From: Patescibacteria group bacterium
Lineage (GTDB): Bacteria > Patescibacteriota > Microgenomatia > UBA10105 > UBA927
Direction of reading: 5' to 3'
Length of the DNA: 64,000 nt
NCBI GenBank assembly: GCA_049322955.1
Contig: JBMOPU010000012.1
Span: 408,150-472,149, forward strand
In this document: piece by piece, positions 18,428 through 27,240 of the stretch
Layout: every line of letters begins with the position of its first letter
How positions within the stretch are numbered: the stretch's first letter is position 1
Program-made: the position numbers and the translations under genes
The notes under the pieces: model-generated
Databases searched by the model: none
Seen by the model: the letters and a program-made list of their open reading frames with translations, nothing else
Told to the model about the DNA's origin: nothing

Positions 18428-19168
18428 CTATCCCTGAGGCGCCTCTCCGTAGATAATAACTTTGGTTCCCGGGTTGTCTTCTTTGGCAAGCGTGCTCCAT
18501 GCCTTATCGTTGGTGACAACGGGCGTCGCCCAATCATACAGAATCTTCGCCTCTTCCGTTTTCATATTCACGCATCCGTGCGACATCGGCGTGCCGAAGT
18601 TATCATGCCAGTACGTACCGTGGAACGAAAATCCGCGCATTTTCGCTATCTGCGCGTTGTAAAAGAACATCACCCACGGAACATTCGGAAGATAATAATA
18701 GGTATGAAGTTCCTTTGACCCGCCGCTCATGAGCTGGCTTTTGACTTTCGCCCAAATGGTAAATTCGCCCGTCGGGGTTCTGCCCCACTTACCCGTCGAA
18801 ACCGTAAATTCGTACACCTTGATATTGCTTTCATAGGCATACACTTTTTGGTTGGTAAGATCAACCTCAATGCGTTTATCGGTACTCGGCGTCGTCTCGA
18901 TGCCCAGTACTCGGGTGAACGCGGCAAAGGCGGCAAGTTTCGGGGCAACGACTGATTTTTCGTGAAACGTTGCATCCGTTTGCTCTGCAGGCTCGGGAAG
19001 CGTTTTCCCGTTTTCAAGTGCTTTCAGAGAACGAAAGTCGGCAAGCGGTTTATCCTCATGCATCAGTTGTTGCATGGGGATTGAGATAAACGCCATGGCT
19101 CCGGCAAAGAGGGCGATAAGCCCTATGACACCGGGAATATATGAACCGGATTTTTTTGTCTCGGCCAT
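18428..19168 (-). CDS. L,D-transpeptidase (YkuD domain), membrane-anchored
   Basis: Catalytic HGTYWHDNFGTPMSHGCVNM (SHGC motif). TM anchor after the MAETKK start. The ORF could extend to 19414. Confidence 0.7.
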   Translation of the reverse strand: MAETKKSGSYIPGVIGLIALFAGAMAFISIPMQQLMHEDKPLADFRSLKALENGKTLPEPAEQTDATFHEKSVVAPKLAAFAAFTRVLGIETTPSTDKRIEVDLTNQKVYAYESNIKVYEFTVSTGKWGRTPTGEFTIWAKVKSQLMSGGSKELHTYYYLPNVPWVMFFYNAQIAKMRGFSFHGTYWHDNFGTPMSHGCVNMKTEEAKILYDWATPVVTNDKAWSTLAKEDNPGTKVIIYGEAPQG

Positions 19169-19207
19169 ACTTTTCACTATCGTACCTTTTTCCGTTTTTG
19201 TCAAAGC

Positions 19208-19729
19208 GTGGTATATACTGGGTATATGTACCGATCCATGCTTCGTATCAAAGGGCTCGGATTTATCCTTTGGCAAGCCCGTCATATGGCGTATCACGTC
19301 ATGTTGGGTCTCCTGTGGGTATGGTTGCTTCGCGAGCTGTGGGGCGAATTTAACATTGTCTGGGTTATCGTGGGAGCCGTAGGCAGTGTGCTCCCTGATA
19401 TAGATCATATCCACTATTTCTTAACGTACGGCAGGCAGGATAGCTATACGAAGGAAATATTTTCATTCATAAAAAAACGGCAGTGGCGCCGACTTTTTCA
19501 GTTCATTGCGACGGGACACAAACACAATACCAGCCTTACGTTCCATAACATTTATGTCACGGCAATTTTCTTTGTCATCACGGGGTTTGCCATGGTCGTG
19601 GATTGGCATACGGGAGTGGTGCTTTGCGGCGCGATCGTGAGCCACTATCTGTTCGATATGGCCGATGACATGGTGCAATTGGGAGAAATTAATCCCAATT
19701 GGATACGCTGGGGCAGACCGAGGAAGTAA
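19208..19729 (+). CDS. membrane-bound metal-dependent hydrolase-like (YdjM/DUF457 family)
   Basis: Polytopic membrane protein with LPDIDH and conserved His residues. Confidence 0.4.
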   Translation: MVYTGYMYRSMLRIKGLGFILWQARHMAYHVMLGLLWVWLLRELWGEFNIVWVIVGAVGSVLPDIDHIHYFLTYGRQDSYTKEIFSFIKKRQWRRLFQFIATGHKHNTSLTFHNIYVTAIFFVITGFAMVVDWHTGVVLCGAIVSHYLFDMADDMVQLGEINPNWIRWGRPRK

Positions 19730-19734
19730 CTCTG

Positions 19735-20448
19735 TTACTTCAGCAATTCACCGAGGATACCCAGGCCGAAGTACAGACCGTACCCGATACTTATTATCCC
19801 CGCAATCACGGTTGCAATCCGGTCAAACCGCTCGAATTTTTTGCTCCCGGCAAGCATGGGAATTCCAAGCAGGGTCGTAATGATCATCATGCCGACGATG
19901 GTACCGACACCGAAAATGGCAAGATAGACAATTGCGGTGATCTGATCGGAGATACTCCCTAGCACAAGAAGTGCTACTGCCGCCGAGCCCGCAAGCCCAT
20001 GAATAAGCCCGACAATCAGCGGCCGGACGAGGGAAAATAAGCCGTGTTCCATAACAAACGCATCAACACCGGCGTGATGATGAGGGGGGATATTTTCCCC
20101 GTGCGGATGCGTATGGGTATGATACCGCGACAGGGAGCGTACTAATTTCCCCATGATCCCCGTAAGGTTGAGGAACCCAAGAATGATCAGGGTGACGGCG
20201 ACGATAAGTTCAAACGTAAGCTGTGCTTTTTCCGGGATTGTTATACGGAAAACGATCATCGCGATCCCCACCACAATAATCATAAATGTGTGACCGATAC
20301 CCCAGGTGATGCCGACCAATGCCGCGTGACGAAGCTTCTTTTGTCGGGACACGATGGTTGTTACCGCAACCACATGATCGGCATCCGTCGCGTGTTTGAG
20401 CCCCAAAAGAAACCCCAATATAAGGACGGAAAATGGTGAGAGATTCAT
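19735..20448 (-). CDS. nickel/cobalt transporter (NicO/RcnA-HoxN-like)
   Basis: LKHATDADH motif, His-rich loop YHTHTHPHGENIPPHHHAG, second HGL..SAA motif, 6 TM. Start MNLSPF lies 4 nt after the stop of the upstream gene. Confidence 0.6.
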   Translation of the reverse strand: MNLSPFSVLILGFLLGLKHATDADHVVAVTTIVSRQKKLRHAALVGITWGIGHTFMIIVVGIAMIVFRITIPEKAQLTFELIVAVTLIILGFLNLTGIMGKLVRSLSRYHTHTHPHGENIPPHHHAGVDAFVMEHGLFSLVRPLIVGLIHGLAGSAAVALLVLGSISDQITAIVYLAIFGVGTIVGMMIITTLLGIPMLAGSKKFERFDRIATVIAGIISIGYGLYFGLGILGELLK

Positions 20449-20452
20449 AATG

Positions 20453-20956
20453 TTAGGCAAACAAGACAAGCAGGGTAACGATCCACAGCGCGATCTCAAG
20501 ATACATCACCCAATGCTTCGTGTACCAGTGTACCCATTCACGGGTATTTGCGGGAACGATAGGGAGCATGGTGATGAAGCTGTATTTTTTCTTTACCCAC
20601 GGTCCCAACCAGGCAATACCGTGATAAATGGAAAAGGTATCCATGACAAAATGCAAGAAAACGGTGATTGCGGCGAGTCCCATATACGGATAGAAATAGC
20701 GGATCGAAAAAGGAAGTGCCAACAGCGACACCAATCCCAAAACCAAAAACCAGTTGGCGGGGTAGTGTGAGAAGTTTTTAAACGTATTGTGATGGTCATA
20801 GACCTTTCGTAGCGAGACAAGTCCGTCGATATCGGGAATATTGGCAAACGCGATACCGAGAATATACGGAGTCACGGTCCCATCGGGGAGCCATCCCTGG
20901 TTCACAAAAAATCGGGTGACGAGAAAACCGACTGCCGCGTGGGATGGTGTCGTCAT
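20453..20956 (-). CDS. membrane-bound metal-dependent hydrolase-like (DUF457 family) paralog
   Basis: IPDIDG motif plus His-rich TM segments. In an operon with the Ni/Co transporter. Confidence 0.4.
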   Translation of the reverse strand: MTTPSHAAVGFLVTRFFVNQGWLPDGTVTPYILGIAFANIPDIDGLVSLRKVYDHHNTFKNFSHYPANWFLVLGLVSLLALPFSIRYFYPYMGLAAITVFLHFVMDTFSIYHGIAWLGPWVKKKYSFITMLPIVPANTREWVHWYTKHWVMYLEIALWIVTLLVLFA

Positions 20957-20960
20957 AGGG

Positions 20961-21296
20961 TTATTTCACTTTCGGCTGGGTCTGGCGCTTTGCAATCTTT
21001 CCTAAGGTGTACATCACGCGCTTATGAAGGTCAATATTTTTTATGCGCGCAAACCGGATAACCGATACAATGATATCTCCCAATTCCTGTTCGTACGTTT
21101 CGTCCTGTTGTGCGGCGATGTTGGTGGGTTTTCTGCCGTGTTTGGCTAAGTATGCCCTGGCCATTTCGCCGATCTCCTCGACCAGGGAAAGAATCAGGAA
21201 TGATCCGAATTCCTCTTTGTTTTTGACATCCCGATCTGCTTCTTCAAGGATCGTTATGTATTTACCGAACGGGGAGTGAATTTGCGGTTTTTTCAT
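20961..21296 (-). CDS. MazG-like nucleotide pyrophosphohydrolase domain protein
   Basis: About 110 aa helical domain, LVEEIGEMARAY...ELGDIIVSVIRFA pattern typical of MazG/NTP-PPase. Start MKKPQI. Confidence 0.5.
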   Translation of the reverse strand: MKKPQIHSPFGKYITILEEADRDVKNKEEFGSFLILSLVEEIGEMARAYLAKHGRKPTNIAAQQDETYEQELGDIIVSVIRFARIKNIDLHKRVMYTLGKIAKRQTQPKVK

Positions 21297-21327
21297 CCCT
21301 ACAGTATAGCAGAAGTGCCCTCGGCAC

Positions 21328-21729
21328 CTACTTTCCGCCGATAATCTGGACGGTGTTGCCGTCGGGATCGGAGAACGTGGCAAACCATTTCTCAAACGTC
21401 GGTGCTTTAAACGGTGTCGCGATAAACGTCACTCCCTTTCCCTTAAGATACTCGTAAGCCTCGCTTACCGAGTCCACATTGACGTTAAACATGATGCGGA
21501 GCGGGTCTTTATTAACGCCTTTTATCTCGGAATGCTTGCCTGCCCAGAGCCATGGCTGACCATCGGGAAATTCCATTAAAATACCGGTGTCATTCGGATG
21601 ATCCAATTGCTCTATAACCTTTACTTTGAACACATCCTGATACCATCTGGCTAACCGCTCATAATCCTGGCTCCAGAGAAGAATTGTGGTGATTTTATGA
21701 AACATATACGCGTACTGTACTGGCATCAT
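21328..21729 (-). CDS. VOC family (glyoxalase/bleomycin-resistance fold) protein
   Basis: 133 aa with a bab-bbb module pattern, FSDPDGNTVQI C-terminal motif. Confidence 0.55.
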   Translation of the reverse strand: MMPVQYAYMFHKITTILLWSQDYERLARWYQDVFKVKVIEQLDHPNDTGILMEFPDGQPWLWAGKHSEIKGVNKDPLRIMFNVNVDSVSEAYEYLKGKGVTFIATPFKAPTFEKWFATFSDPDGNTVQIIGGK

Positions 21730-21734
21730 GTCCG

Positions 21735-21953
21735 CTAGTCAAGCGCATCCGCAATCGTATGGGTAAAAAAGAGAATTACCAGTCCGGCGGCAAGCGAAAC
21801 GATATAACTGATAAGTTCATGATCAGGGAAGACGTATAAATCCATGAGTCCCCAGGCGCCTCGCCAAAAAAGGACGACTGCGACAGCGATCAAGATGACA
21901 CGAGTAAGAGATGGTTTATTGCGCGGCGTTTTCATCGTGGCGAATAATTCCAC
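21735..21953 (-). CDS. small membrane protein
   Basis: 72 aa, two hydrophobic helices. Confidence 0.3.
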   Translation of the reverse strand: MELFATMKTPRNKPSLTRVILIAVAVVLFWRGAWGLMDLYVFPDHELISYIVSLAAGLVILFFTHTIADALD

Positions 21954-21995
21954 TGTCAGTATATCACGAGCGTGTGGAGTAAAGCGGAGCGTAAA

Positions 21996-22376
21996 TTATT
22001 CGGATGCGGCGAGTTCCTGTTTTCTTGTCTCAAGGATAAAACAGCCGCTCACGGTGTCCTTATTTCGTACTGCCGTTTGCATAAGTCCGGTGTTGGCAAA
22101 TCGACATCTACGGCATTTAATCGGGACATCACCTTCCTGCCACGCTTCTGTTACCGCATCAAACAGCTTGCGAACCGTTTTTGGATCCACTTCTCGGCGG
22201 TATAGGCGAGGTCCGCCCGTACGTTTAACCTCCATGCAATCCGCGGTGTGAAGTGTTTTTTTTGCGATTCCTTCCCTTACTCCCGCGAGTCGGGAGACAT
22301 ACATGATGCTAAAGCCATACTCCTGGCTCACCGGCATAACATGCATAATTCGTTGTACCTTTTGTGTTTCGTTCAT
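21996..22376 (-). CDS. hypothetical HTH/Cys-containing protein
   Basis: Putative HTH (GFSIMYVSRLAGVREGIAKKTL) then CxxC...C motifs. Confidence 0.35.
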   Translation of the reverse strand: MNETQKVQRIMHVMPVSQEYGFSIMYVSRLAGVREGIAKKTLHTADCMEVKRTGGPRLYRREVDPKTVRKLFDAVTEAWQEGDVPIKCRRCRFANTGLMQTAVRNKDTVSGCFILETRKQELAASE

Positions 22377-22460
22377 AGCGAAGTGAAATTATACAGGCAA
22401 ACGAGCACGCAGTCAATTATTATAGGATATTTAAAAGAAAAGTGGACGATAGAAAAGCGA

Positions 22461-22871
22461 CTAGGCCTCGTTCATCACCCCTCGGCAATTTTTTGCCCCG
22501 CAGTGACAGGGCTCGCGTTTGGAATCTTTGTCAAAGGCATAGTCGATAAACAGTTCTTCATCTTTTTTGATATCGCGAAGCGCCACGTAGTAGATATGCC
22601 TGTCTTTGATAATGCCTTCCACATTGGGGTCACACGAATGGTTCACGAAGCGTGAATCATTGCCGCCCACGGCGCCATCGATACTTTCGTGATCATTGAT
22701 CTGGTAGATATAGGTCACCCCGGTTTTATCGTTTTCAATTTCTCGGCGGTTTTCCTCATCCCGCGAGATCAACTCACCCGTGTATTCAAAAATACGGGTG
22801 CCTGCGGGAATGTCTTCGGTCGCAAAAACGCCAAGACCATGAATGTGAGAATCTTTAACGATTGTGTGCAT
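22461..22871 (-). CDS. SET-domain protein-lysine methyltransferase
   Basis: GLGVFA, RFVNHSCDPN, ELFIDY and post-SET CHCGAKNCRG motifs. Confidence 0.7.
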   Translation of the reverse strand: MHTIVKDSHIHGLGVFATEDIPAGTRIFEYTGELISRDEENRREIENDKTGVTYIYQINDHESIDGAVGGNDSRFVNHSCDPNVEGIIKDRHIYYVALRDIKKDEELFIDYAFDKDSKREPCHCGAKNCRGVMNEA

Positions 22872-22885
22872 AGGGAAACCGCGTG

Positions 22886-23095
22886 CTAGTCGGTAGTTTG
22901 TGGAGAAGCGTAGCTCTCAAGATATCCGCATTTTTCACAGCAGTAGGTTTTTATTTCTTTCTTATCCGTGAGCCCCCAGGAGCCGAAAATTTGCAGTCCG
23001 GTACCCCAGTTTTGTTTGGTGATAACACTTAAATCGGTCGTCGCATCACCGATAAATCCCTCTGCCATTTTGCCGTCACATTTGGGGCATTTCAT
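22886..23095 (-). CDS. zinc-ribbon small protein
   Basis: CPKCDGK...CCEKCGY: two CxxC pairs, 69 aa. Confidence 0.45.
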   Translation of the reverse strand: MKCPKCDGKMAEGFIGDATTDLSVITKQNWGTGLQIFGSWGLTDKKEIKTYCCEKCGYLESYASPQTTD

Positions 23096-23270
23096 TGTTT
23101 GCTCCTTTTTATATCGTATGAATACACCATAGTATAATCAAAACGTGCAAAGAAACAAAATGCGTACCAAATCAGGTTCTATCGATTGGTGACCGTATCG
23201 GAATTGTTGACCTACGGGAAGAAATAAAGCAGTGGAAAAAAGAAGCGATAACGGCCAAGGAAGTTCACGG

Positions 23271-23606
23271 TCAAAAACCCTTCAAAAGGATATTTACCGC
23301 ATTCACAACGACCGATAAACCGAAAAAACCTGCGAGGAACGGCGTGATTGCGAACGGAACTTTGCAGAGTTTTAATACTCCGGCAATACCCATGAGAAAG
23401 AGTCCGATACCGATGACACCACCGAGAAGCATAAGCGGCAACCCGCCCATCCCGATATCCGGGCTATTCAATTGCGGAAAAATCACAAGCAGGGGCGCCG
23501 TACTGACGGCAAATAGGTACGATAATCCCTTCCGTACAACGACGAACAGAAACATGAGATAACTCAATGCTCCAAGAATAACGCTAACGGTTGTTGTTTT
23601 TGACAT
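23271..23606 (-). CDS. hypothetical membrane protein
   Basis: 111 aa, 3 TM helices. Confidence 0.45.
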   Translation of the reverse strand: MSKTTTVSVILGALSYLMFLFVVVRKGLSYLFAVSTAPLLVIFPQLNSPDIGMGGLPLMLLGGVIGIGLFLMGIAGVLKLCKVPFAITPFLAGFFGLSVVVNAVNILLKGF

Positions 23607-23654
23607 AGTTTAATCGCCGCTTAAGTAATTGCAGTCCTCCGTTCCTTTCAGCAT

Positions 23655-23905
23655 ACTGCAATATTGTCTCGACGTCGAACCCTGGGGGTCAATGGGAATC
23701 TCAACCTCGGTTCTTGCCTGGTGGCACTTCGGGAAGGAGCTTCGCTCCGTCTCCGCCGATAACAACGTGCCGCGTTATCGTCTCGACGTCGAACCCTGGG
23801 GGTTCGTCATCCACACCTTCGGATACAAAAAAGACTCCAGGAAGGAGTCATTTTTGTATCTGCAAGCTCGGAGGGAATCTCAACCTCGGTTCTTGCCTGG
23901 TGGCA
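23655..23905 (-). repeat. two tandem degenerate tRNA-like units upstream of tRNA-Trp
   Basis: gtctcgacgtcgaaccctggggg appears at about 23655 and 23781. gggaatctcaacctcggttcttgcctggtggca appears at about 23693 and 23870. tgcaagctcggagggaatctcaacc is a degraded copy of the tRNA-Trp 3' half (tgcaggctcggagggaatcgaaccc). Confidence 0.5.
23824..23860 (-). terminator. rho-independent terminator-like hairpin between the tRNA-like units
   Basis: Minus strand: GACTCC-TTCC-TGGAGTC followed by TTTTTTGT, nested in the GATACAAAAA/TTTTTGTATC inverted repeat. Confidence 0.45.
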
Positions 23906-24011
23906 AGACCTCCGGTCGCGCCTCCTTCGCCTTCGTTCAGTCCGGCGGGTTCGATTCCTTTGATTCTCTATATTCACAAATCGGATCGGTTGATCCGATT
24001 TGTGGAATATG

Positions 24012-24082
24012 CAGGCTCGGAGGGAATCGAACCCCCAATAGAGGTTTTGGAGACCCCTGGTATACCATTTACCTACGAGCCT
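24012..24082 (-). tRNA. tRNA-Trp (anticodon CCA)
   Basis: Manual fold: acceptor AGGCTCG/CGAGCCT, D-arm GGTA-AATGGTA-TACC, anticodon arm GGGGT-CTCCAAA-ACCTC, T-arm GGGGG-TTCGATT-CCCTC. 71 nt. Confidence 0.85.
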
Positions 24083-24190
24083 AAGTATCCTATTTTATCA
24101 AGTGCAACGGTTTTATTAAACCCTGAGTATAACGCGGAATATCACTTGTCGCTTGCCAATATAGGGTATTTTGCCTATTATCGCGGGATT

Positions 24191-25054
24191 ATGGCGGCGG
24201 CAAGGTTTGAAGTGGGAGCATCAACGGATTTTATGGGCGCTGTGTGGACAGACTCCATGCAGTTTAGTCGTGTGGTGCCGACGGATGAATTTCCCGGTAT
24301 TACGATTGCGGAAATAGTGGGTGTCGGAGGGAAAAAGCGTATCGCCGCGCTTGCGGCCGGCCTCCGTGAACAGAAAATAACGCCGGTGCAACTGCATGGG
24401 GCAACCGGATACTCAGGACGTGAGCCGTGGTACGACGCCGTGAAAGTGCGCGCAATCGGCGTATTCCTCCCGCACCCGGAGGAACTAAAAGGGGATTTTC
24501 CCGATTTGGATCACGTCATTCATGCGCCTGCCGCTATAGAACTCCTCAAAAAAGGTGCCAAACGCACGCCGACGCTTTCCCGGGCCTCACGATGGCTTAT
24601 CGAAAATCATGACACTGGACTCGGAGGGATCACGCATGCACAGGCGGCGGCAAGTCATGCGCAGGATCGCGGTATACCCGCAAATGTCATCGTTGACATC
24701 GGGCACGTTACCCGGAGAATGACGGGCAAAGCGTTTGATGCCGCATGGTCGGCAATGACCCGTTATCTGGAACGGATGACGACCAAAAACAGCGCGATTG
24801 CAGGAATCCATATACCCGAAGGAACATTTGCCGATGATTCGCTACCGAAAACGCTCACGGATGCCCATCGACGGGATTTGGTGACGTCATTGGGACCATC
24901 CGTTCAACGGGTGATATTCGAATACCAACGGAGCCAGCCGCACGGATTACTGCATCTGTTCGGACGAGAGGAACGGCGGGAACGGGCACGGATGAGCAGG
25001 GTTTTTGCCGCATGGGCAAAAGCGGGGTTGTTTAGTTCAGGCGAAGTGAAGTAA
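24191..25054 (+). CDS. sugar phosphate isomerase/epimerase-like (xylose-isomerase-like TIM barrel)
   Basis: LIENH and VIVDIGH motifs resemble the lalEN / glclDtgH signature of the AP-endonuclease-2 / sugar phosphate isomerase TIM-barrel family. The ORF-track version (23714..) reads through the tRNA region and is trimmed. Confidence 0.45.
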   Translation: MAAARFEVGASTDFMGAVWTDSMQFSRVVPTDEFPGITIAEIVGVGGKKRIAALAAGLREQKITPVQLHGATGYSGREPWYDAVKVRAIGVFLPHPEELKGDFPDLDHVIHAPAAIELLKKGAKRTPTLSRASRWLIENHDTGLGGITHAQAAASHAQDRGIPANVIVDIGHVTRRMTGKAFDAAWSAMTRYLERMTTKNSAIAGIHIPEGTFADDSLPKTLTDAHRRDLVTSLGPSVQRVIFEYQRSQPHGLLHLFGREERRERARMSRVFAAWAKAGLFSSGEVK

Positions 25055-25541
25055 TCATGCGGTCAAATATCGGGCCGAAACCCGCAACAAAGACATCAAG
25101 TCCCGTCTTGGGGTGGGTAAAAATAAACTTATCGATCGGCTTCCCGTCTTTCGGTGACGCATCATGGTAAAGCGTTGCGGAAACGCTTGCGGAGCCCGAT
25201 GCCTGGCGTACGACCATTTCCTCCATTTTATCCGGAGTGAGGGGAACTCTCGGCACTTCATCCTGACAGATAACTACCACCGATGTTTCGGGATTATTCG
25301 TATTCGTCAAAATTACCCCGCTTGAAGAACTCTGCATAGGAGTAAGGCTGTCCGGGTATTCAAACGATACACCGCAGGTAGAGTACGACAGATACGAAAC
25401 GGTCGGTGTGGGACTGGTAACGGGAGTGGGGGTAACGGTCGCCGGTTTGTCTCCCGACATGTTTCTCCCCAGATTGAATCCTACAAGAAGCGCCGCAATA
25501 ACCGCCAAAAATGACGAGAAAAGCAGGGTATTTTTATGCAT
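25032..25541 (-). CDS. hypothetical membrane-anchored/secreted protein
   Basis: N-terminal TM, PT-rich linker, directly downstream of rpmG. Confidence 0.4.
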   Translation of the reverse strand: MHKNTLLFSSFLAVIAALLVGFNLGRNMSGDKPATVTPTPVTSPTPTVSYLSYSTCGVSFEYPDSLTPMQSSSSGVILTNTNNPETSVVVICQDEVPRVPLTPDKMEEMVVRQASGSASVSATLYHDASPKDGKPIDKFIFTHPKTGLDVFVAGFGPIFDRMITSLRLN

Positions 25542-25544
25542 GCC

Positions 25545-25718
25545 TTAGTCCAGTTTGCTGGTCTCTTTATGATCCGTATGTTTTCGGCATTTGCGGCAAT
25601 ACTTTTTGAGCACGATTTTTTCCGTCGTGTTGATTTTGTTTCTGCTGGTGATGTAGTTTTGGGACTTACACACGGTGCAGATCATCGCAAGGGTGATTCG
25701 TTGATCTTTTTTCGCCAT
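25545..25718 (-). CDS. rpmG: 50S ribosomal protein L33
   Basis: 57 aa, not in the ORF track (below 60 aa). Hand translation MAKKDQRITLAMICTVCKSQNYITSRNKINTTEKIVLKKYCRKCRKHTDHKETSKLD. CxxC...CxxC zinc ribbon and the Y.T..NK...EK..LKKYC pattern of L33. Confidence 0.75.
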   Translation of the reverse strand: MAKKDQRITLAMICTVCKSQNYITSRNKINTTEKIVLKKYCRKCRKHTDHKETSKLD

Positions 25719-25745
25719 GGAAGGATTATAGCGGAAAAACGGCGG

Positions 25746-26717
25746 TTACTCAAGCAGGCGCTTTGCGATGATGGTGTTAGCCACCATTTGGGCAAATAGG
25801 GATCGTCCGCTGTCTGAATAGTGGATATGGTCGCCGGGGTTGATATAGCCGATTTTGCCGTTTTCATTTGCGTCCATGCTCGGATGATACGCATCGGCAA
25901 GCGGTAATCCCTGACTTTTGGCAAACGCAATAAGATTTTCAATGTATTGTTTAATTTCCGCCGTTTTGGTGCGTTTGCCTTCCGGTGAAAACGATATGCC
26001 GGGTGCGCCGTCGCCGAATACGTCTGAATTGGGTGCTATTGTTGCGGCAAGGACAATTTTTGCATCGGGAAGTTCCCTCTTTATCGTGTCCACCATGCTG
26101 GCGAGCCTGAGCCAGTGCGTCGTTAAGGCGTCGCTCAAGTCGGGGAGCGGATACGGATTATAGCCAAATGACTCAATGACGACGATATCGGGCTTTTCGG
26201 ATACGACCGAGTTCCTGCCGATACCAAGGTACGAATAACCGTTCGTGAGTCTTCGTAATCCGGAATCGATGTTTTCCGCTCCCACCCCGTGATTGATGAC
26301 CGTGAACGTAGTGTTGGGATATATAGCGTTTAATCGTGCCGCCAGCCCGCCTCCCACGGGACCCAAGGTGTCAACCATAGAATCACCGACGAGAGAAATG
26401 GTATAACTGCGCTTTTTGGTAGCCCGTATGACCGTTTCTTCAGGCGTGGGAGTAGGAGTCGGGGAAAGTGTCGGCGCGAACGTGGGTGACGGTGTGGCAA
26501 CCTCGATAATTGTTGCGGCGGGGCTTGCCGTGATTGTTCCCTCGGTATCGGGAATAGCGTGGAGAAGATCACCGAAGGTGACGATCGGGTGATAATCGGC
26601 GACGAGTCGAGGCAGGTCCAGATCGTCGGGTAGCGGCGAGATTATTTTATCCGCCGCATAGACCGTGGCAGTAAGAAACAACGAGCATGCAACAACAAAA
26701 ATTGCGAACAAACGCAT
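25746..26717 (-). CDS. SGNH/GDSL hydrolase family protein, secreted
   Basis: Signal peptide. Block I ISLVGDSMVD (GDS). Block V DHIHYS (DxxH). Confidence 0.65.
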   Translation of the reverse strand: MRLFAIFVVACSLFLTATVYAADKIISPLPDDLDLPRLVADYHPIVTFGDLLHAIPDTEGTITASPAATIIEVATPSPTFAPTLSPTPTPTPEETVIRATKKRSYTISLVGDSMVDTLGPVGGGLAARLNAIYPNTTFTVINHGVGAENIDSGLRRLTNGYSYLGIGRNSVVSEKPDIVVIESFGYNPYPLPDLSDALTTHWLRLASMVDTIKRELPDAKIVLAATIAPNSDVFGDGAPGISFSPEGKRTKTAEIKQYIENLIAFAKSQGLPLADAYHPSMDANENGKIGYINPGDHIHYSDSGRSLFAQMVANTIIAKRLLE

Positions 26718-26799
26718 AGATCCATCATACCCAAGAAGTCCATTTTGTGCCAGTGAATAATTTCGGTGATGCCACGCCGTTTGTTATAATGGCGCCTCT

Positions 26800-27231
26800 A
26801 TGGCGCGCGAAGCATTGGAACGAATACGTGAAGAAGGCGGCGAAGAAGGATTTACGCTTGCCAATACCCTGATTCGAACCTTCGGCGGTGTCGGCAAGGG
26901 GATTGATGACCGGAGGGTGGTACTTCGCCTTGCGGATGAAGTAGAAGAGGGTCGTATCAGACTGCGTGATCGGGTATTTATCTATCGGAACTCCCGGGGA
27001 CGGGATATGGTGTTCGGGGCGCAGGGCGATACTCTATTGGACGAAGTAGTCGGTATCGCCGCGGGAATCCATGGGGATATCGCCAAAAAACGGCACCTTG
27101 ATCCTATCGAGGATACCGAAGTACGCTCAGGGATTCTTTCCGCAGTGCGGCAGGTATCGTACGAGCTGGAGCGCCGTGCGAGGGTCCGGAAACTCAAAGC
27201 GTGGTTTCGCAATGCACTGAAGCTATCCTAA
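26800..27231 (+). CDS. hypothetical protein
   Basis: 143 aa, Arg/Glu-rich. No motif. Confidence 0.3.
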   Translation: MAREALERIREEGGEEGFTLANTLIRTFGGVGKGIDDRRVVLRLADEVEEGRIRLRDRVFIYRNSRGRDMVFGAQGDTLLDEVVGIAAGIHGDIAKKRHLDPIEDTEVRSGILSAVRQVSYELERRARVRKLKAWFRNALKLS

Positions 27232-27240
27232 TTTTCCGGC

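Noticed and set aside
23655-23905. Possible CRISPR array or tmRNA
   Set aside because: There are only two repeat units, of unequal length, with tRNA-derived content, and no cas genes, so it is not a CRISPR array. The tmRNA idea was dropped because no tag-peptide reading frame ending in Ala-Ala-stop and no GGGG...CCA acceptor pairing could be found by eye.
23714-25054. 446 aa ORF in the ORF track spanning the tRNA-like repeats and tRNA-Trp
   Set aside because: Its N-terminal 160 aa are read through tRNA-Trp and degenerate tRNA-like DNA (low-complexity PGGSS... translation). Only the part from the Met at 24191 looks like a real protein (TIM-barrel motifs).
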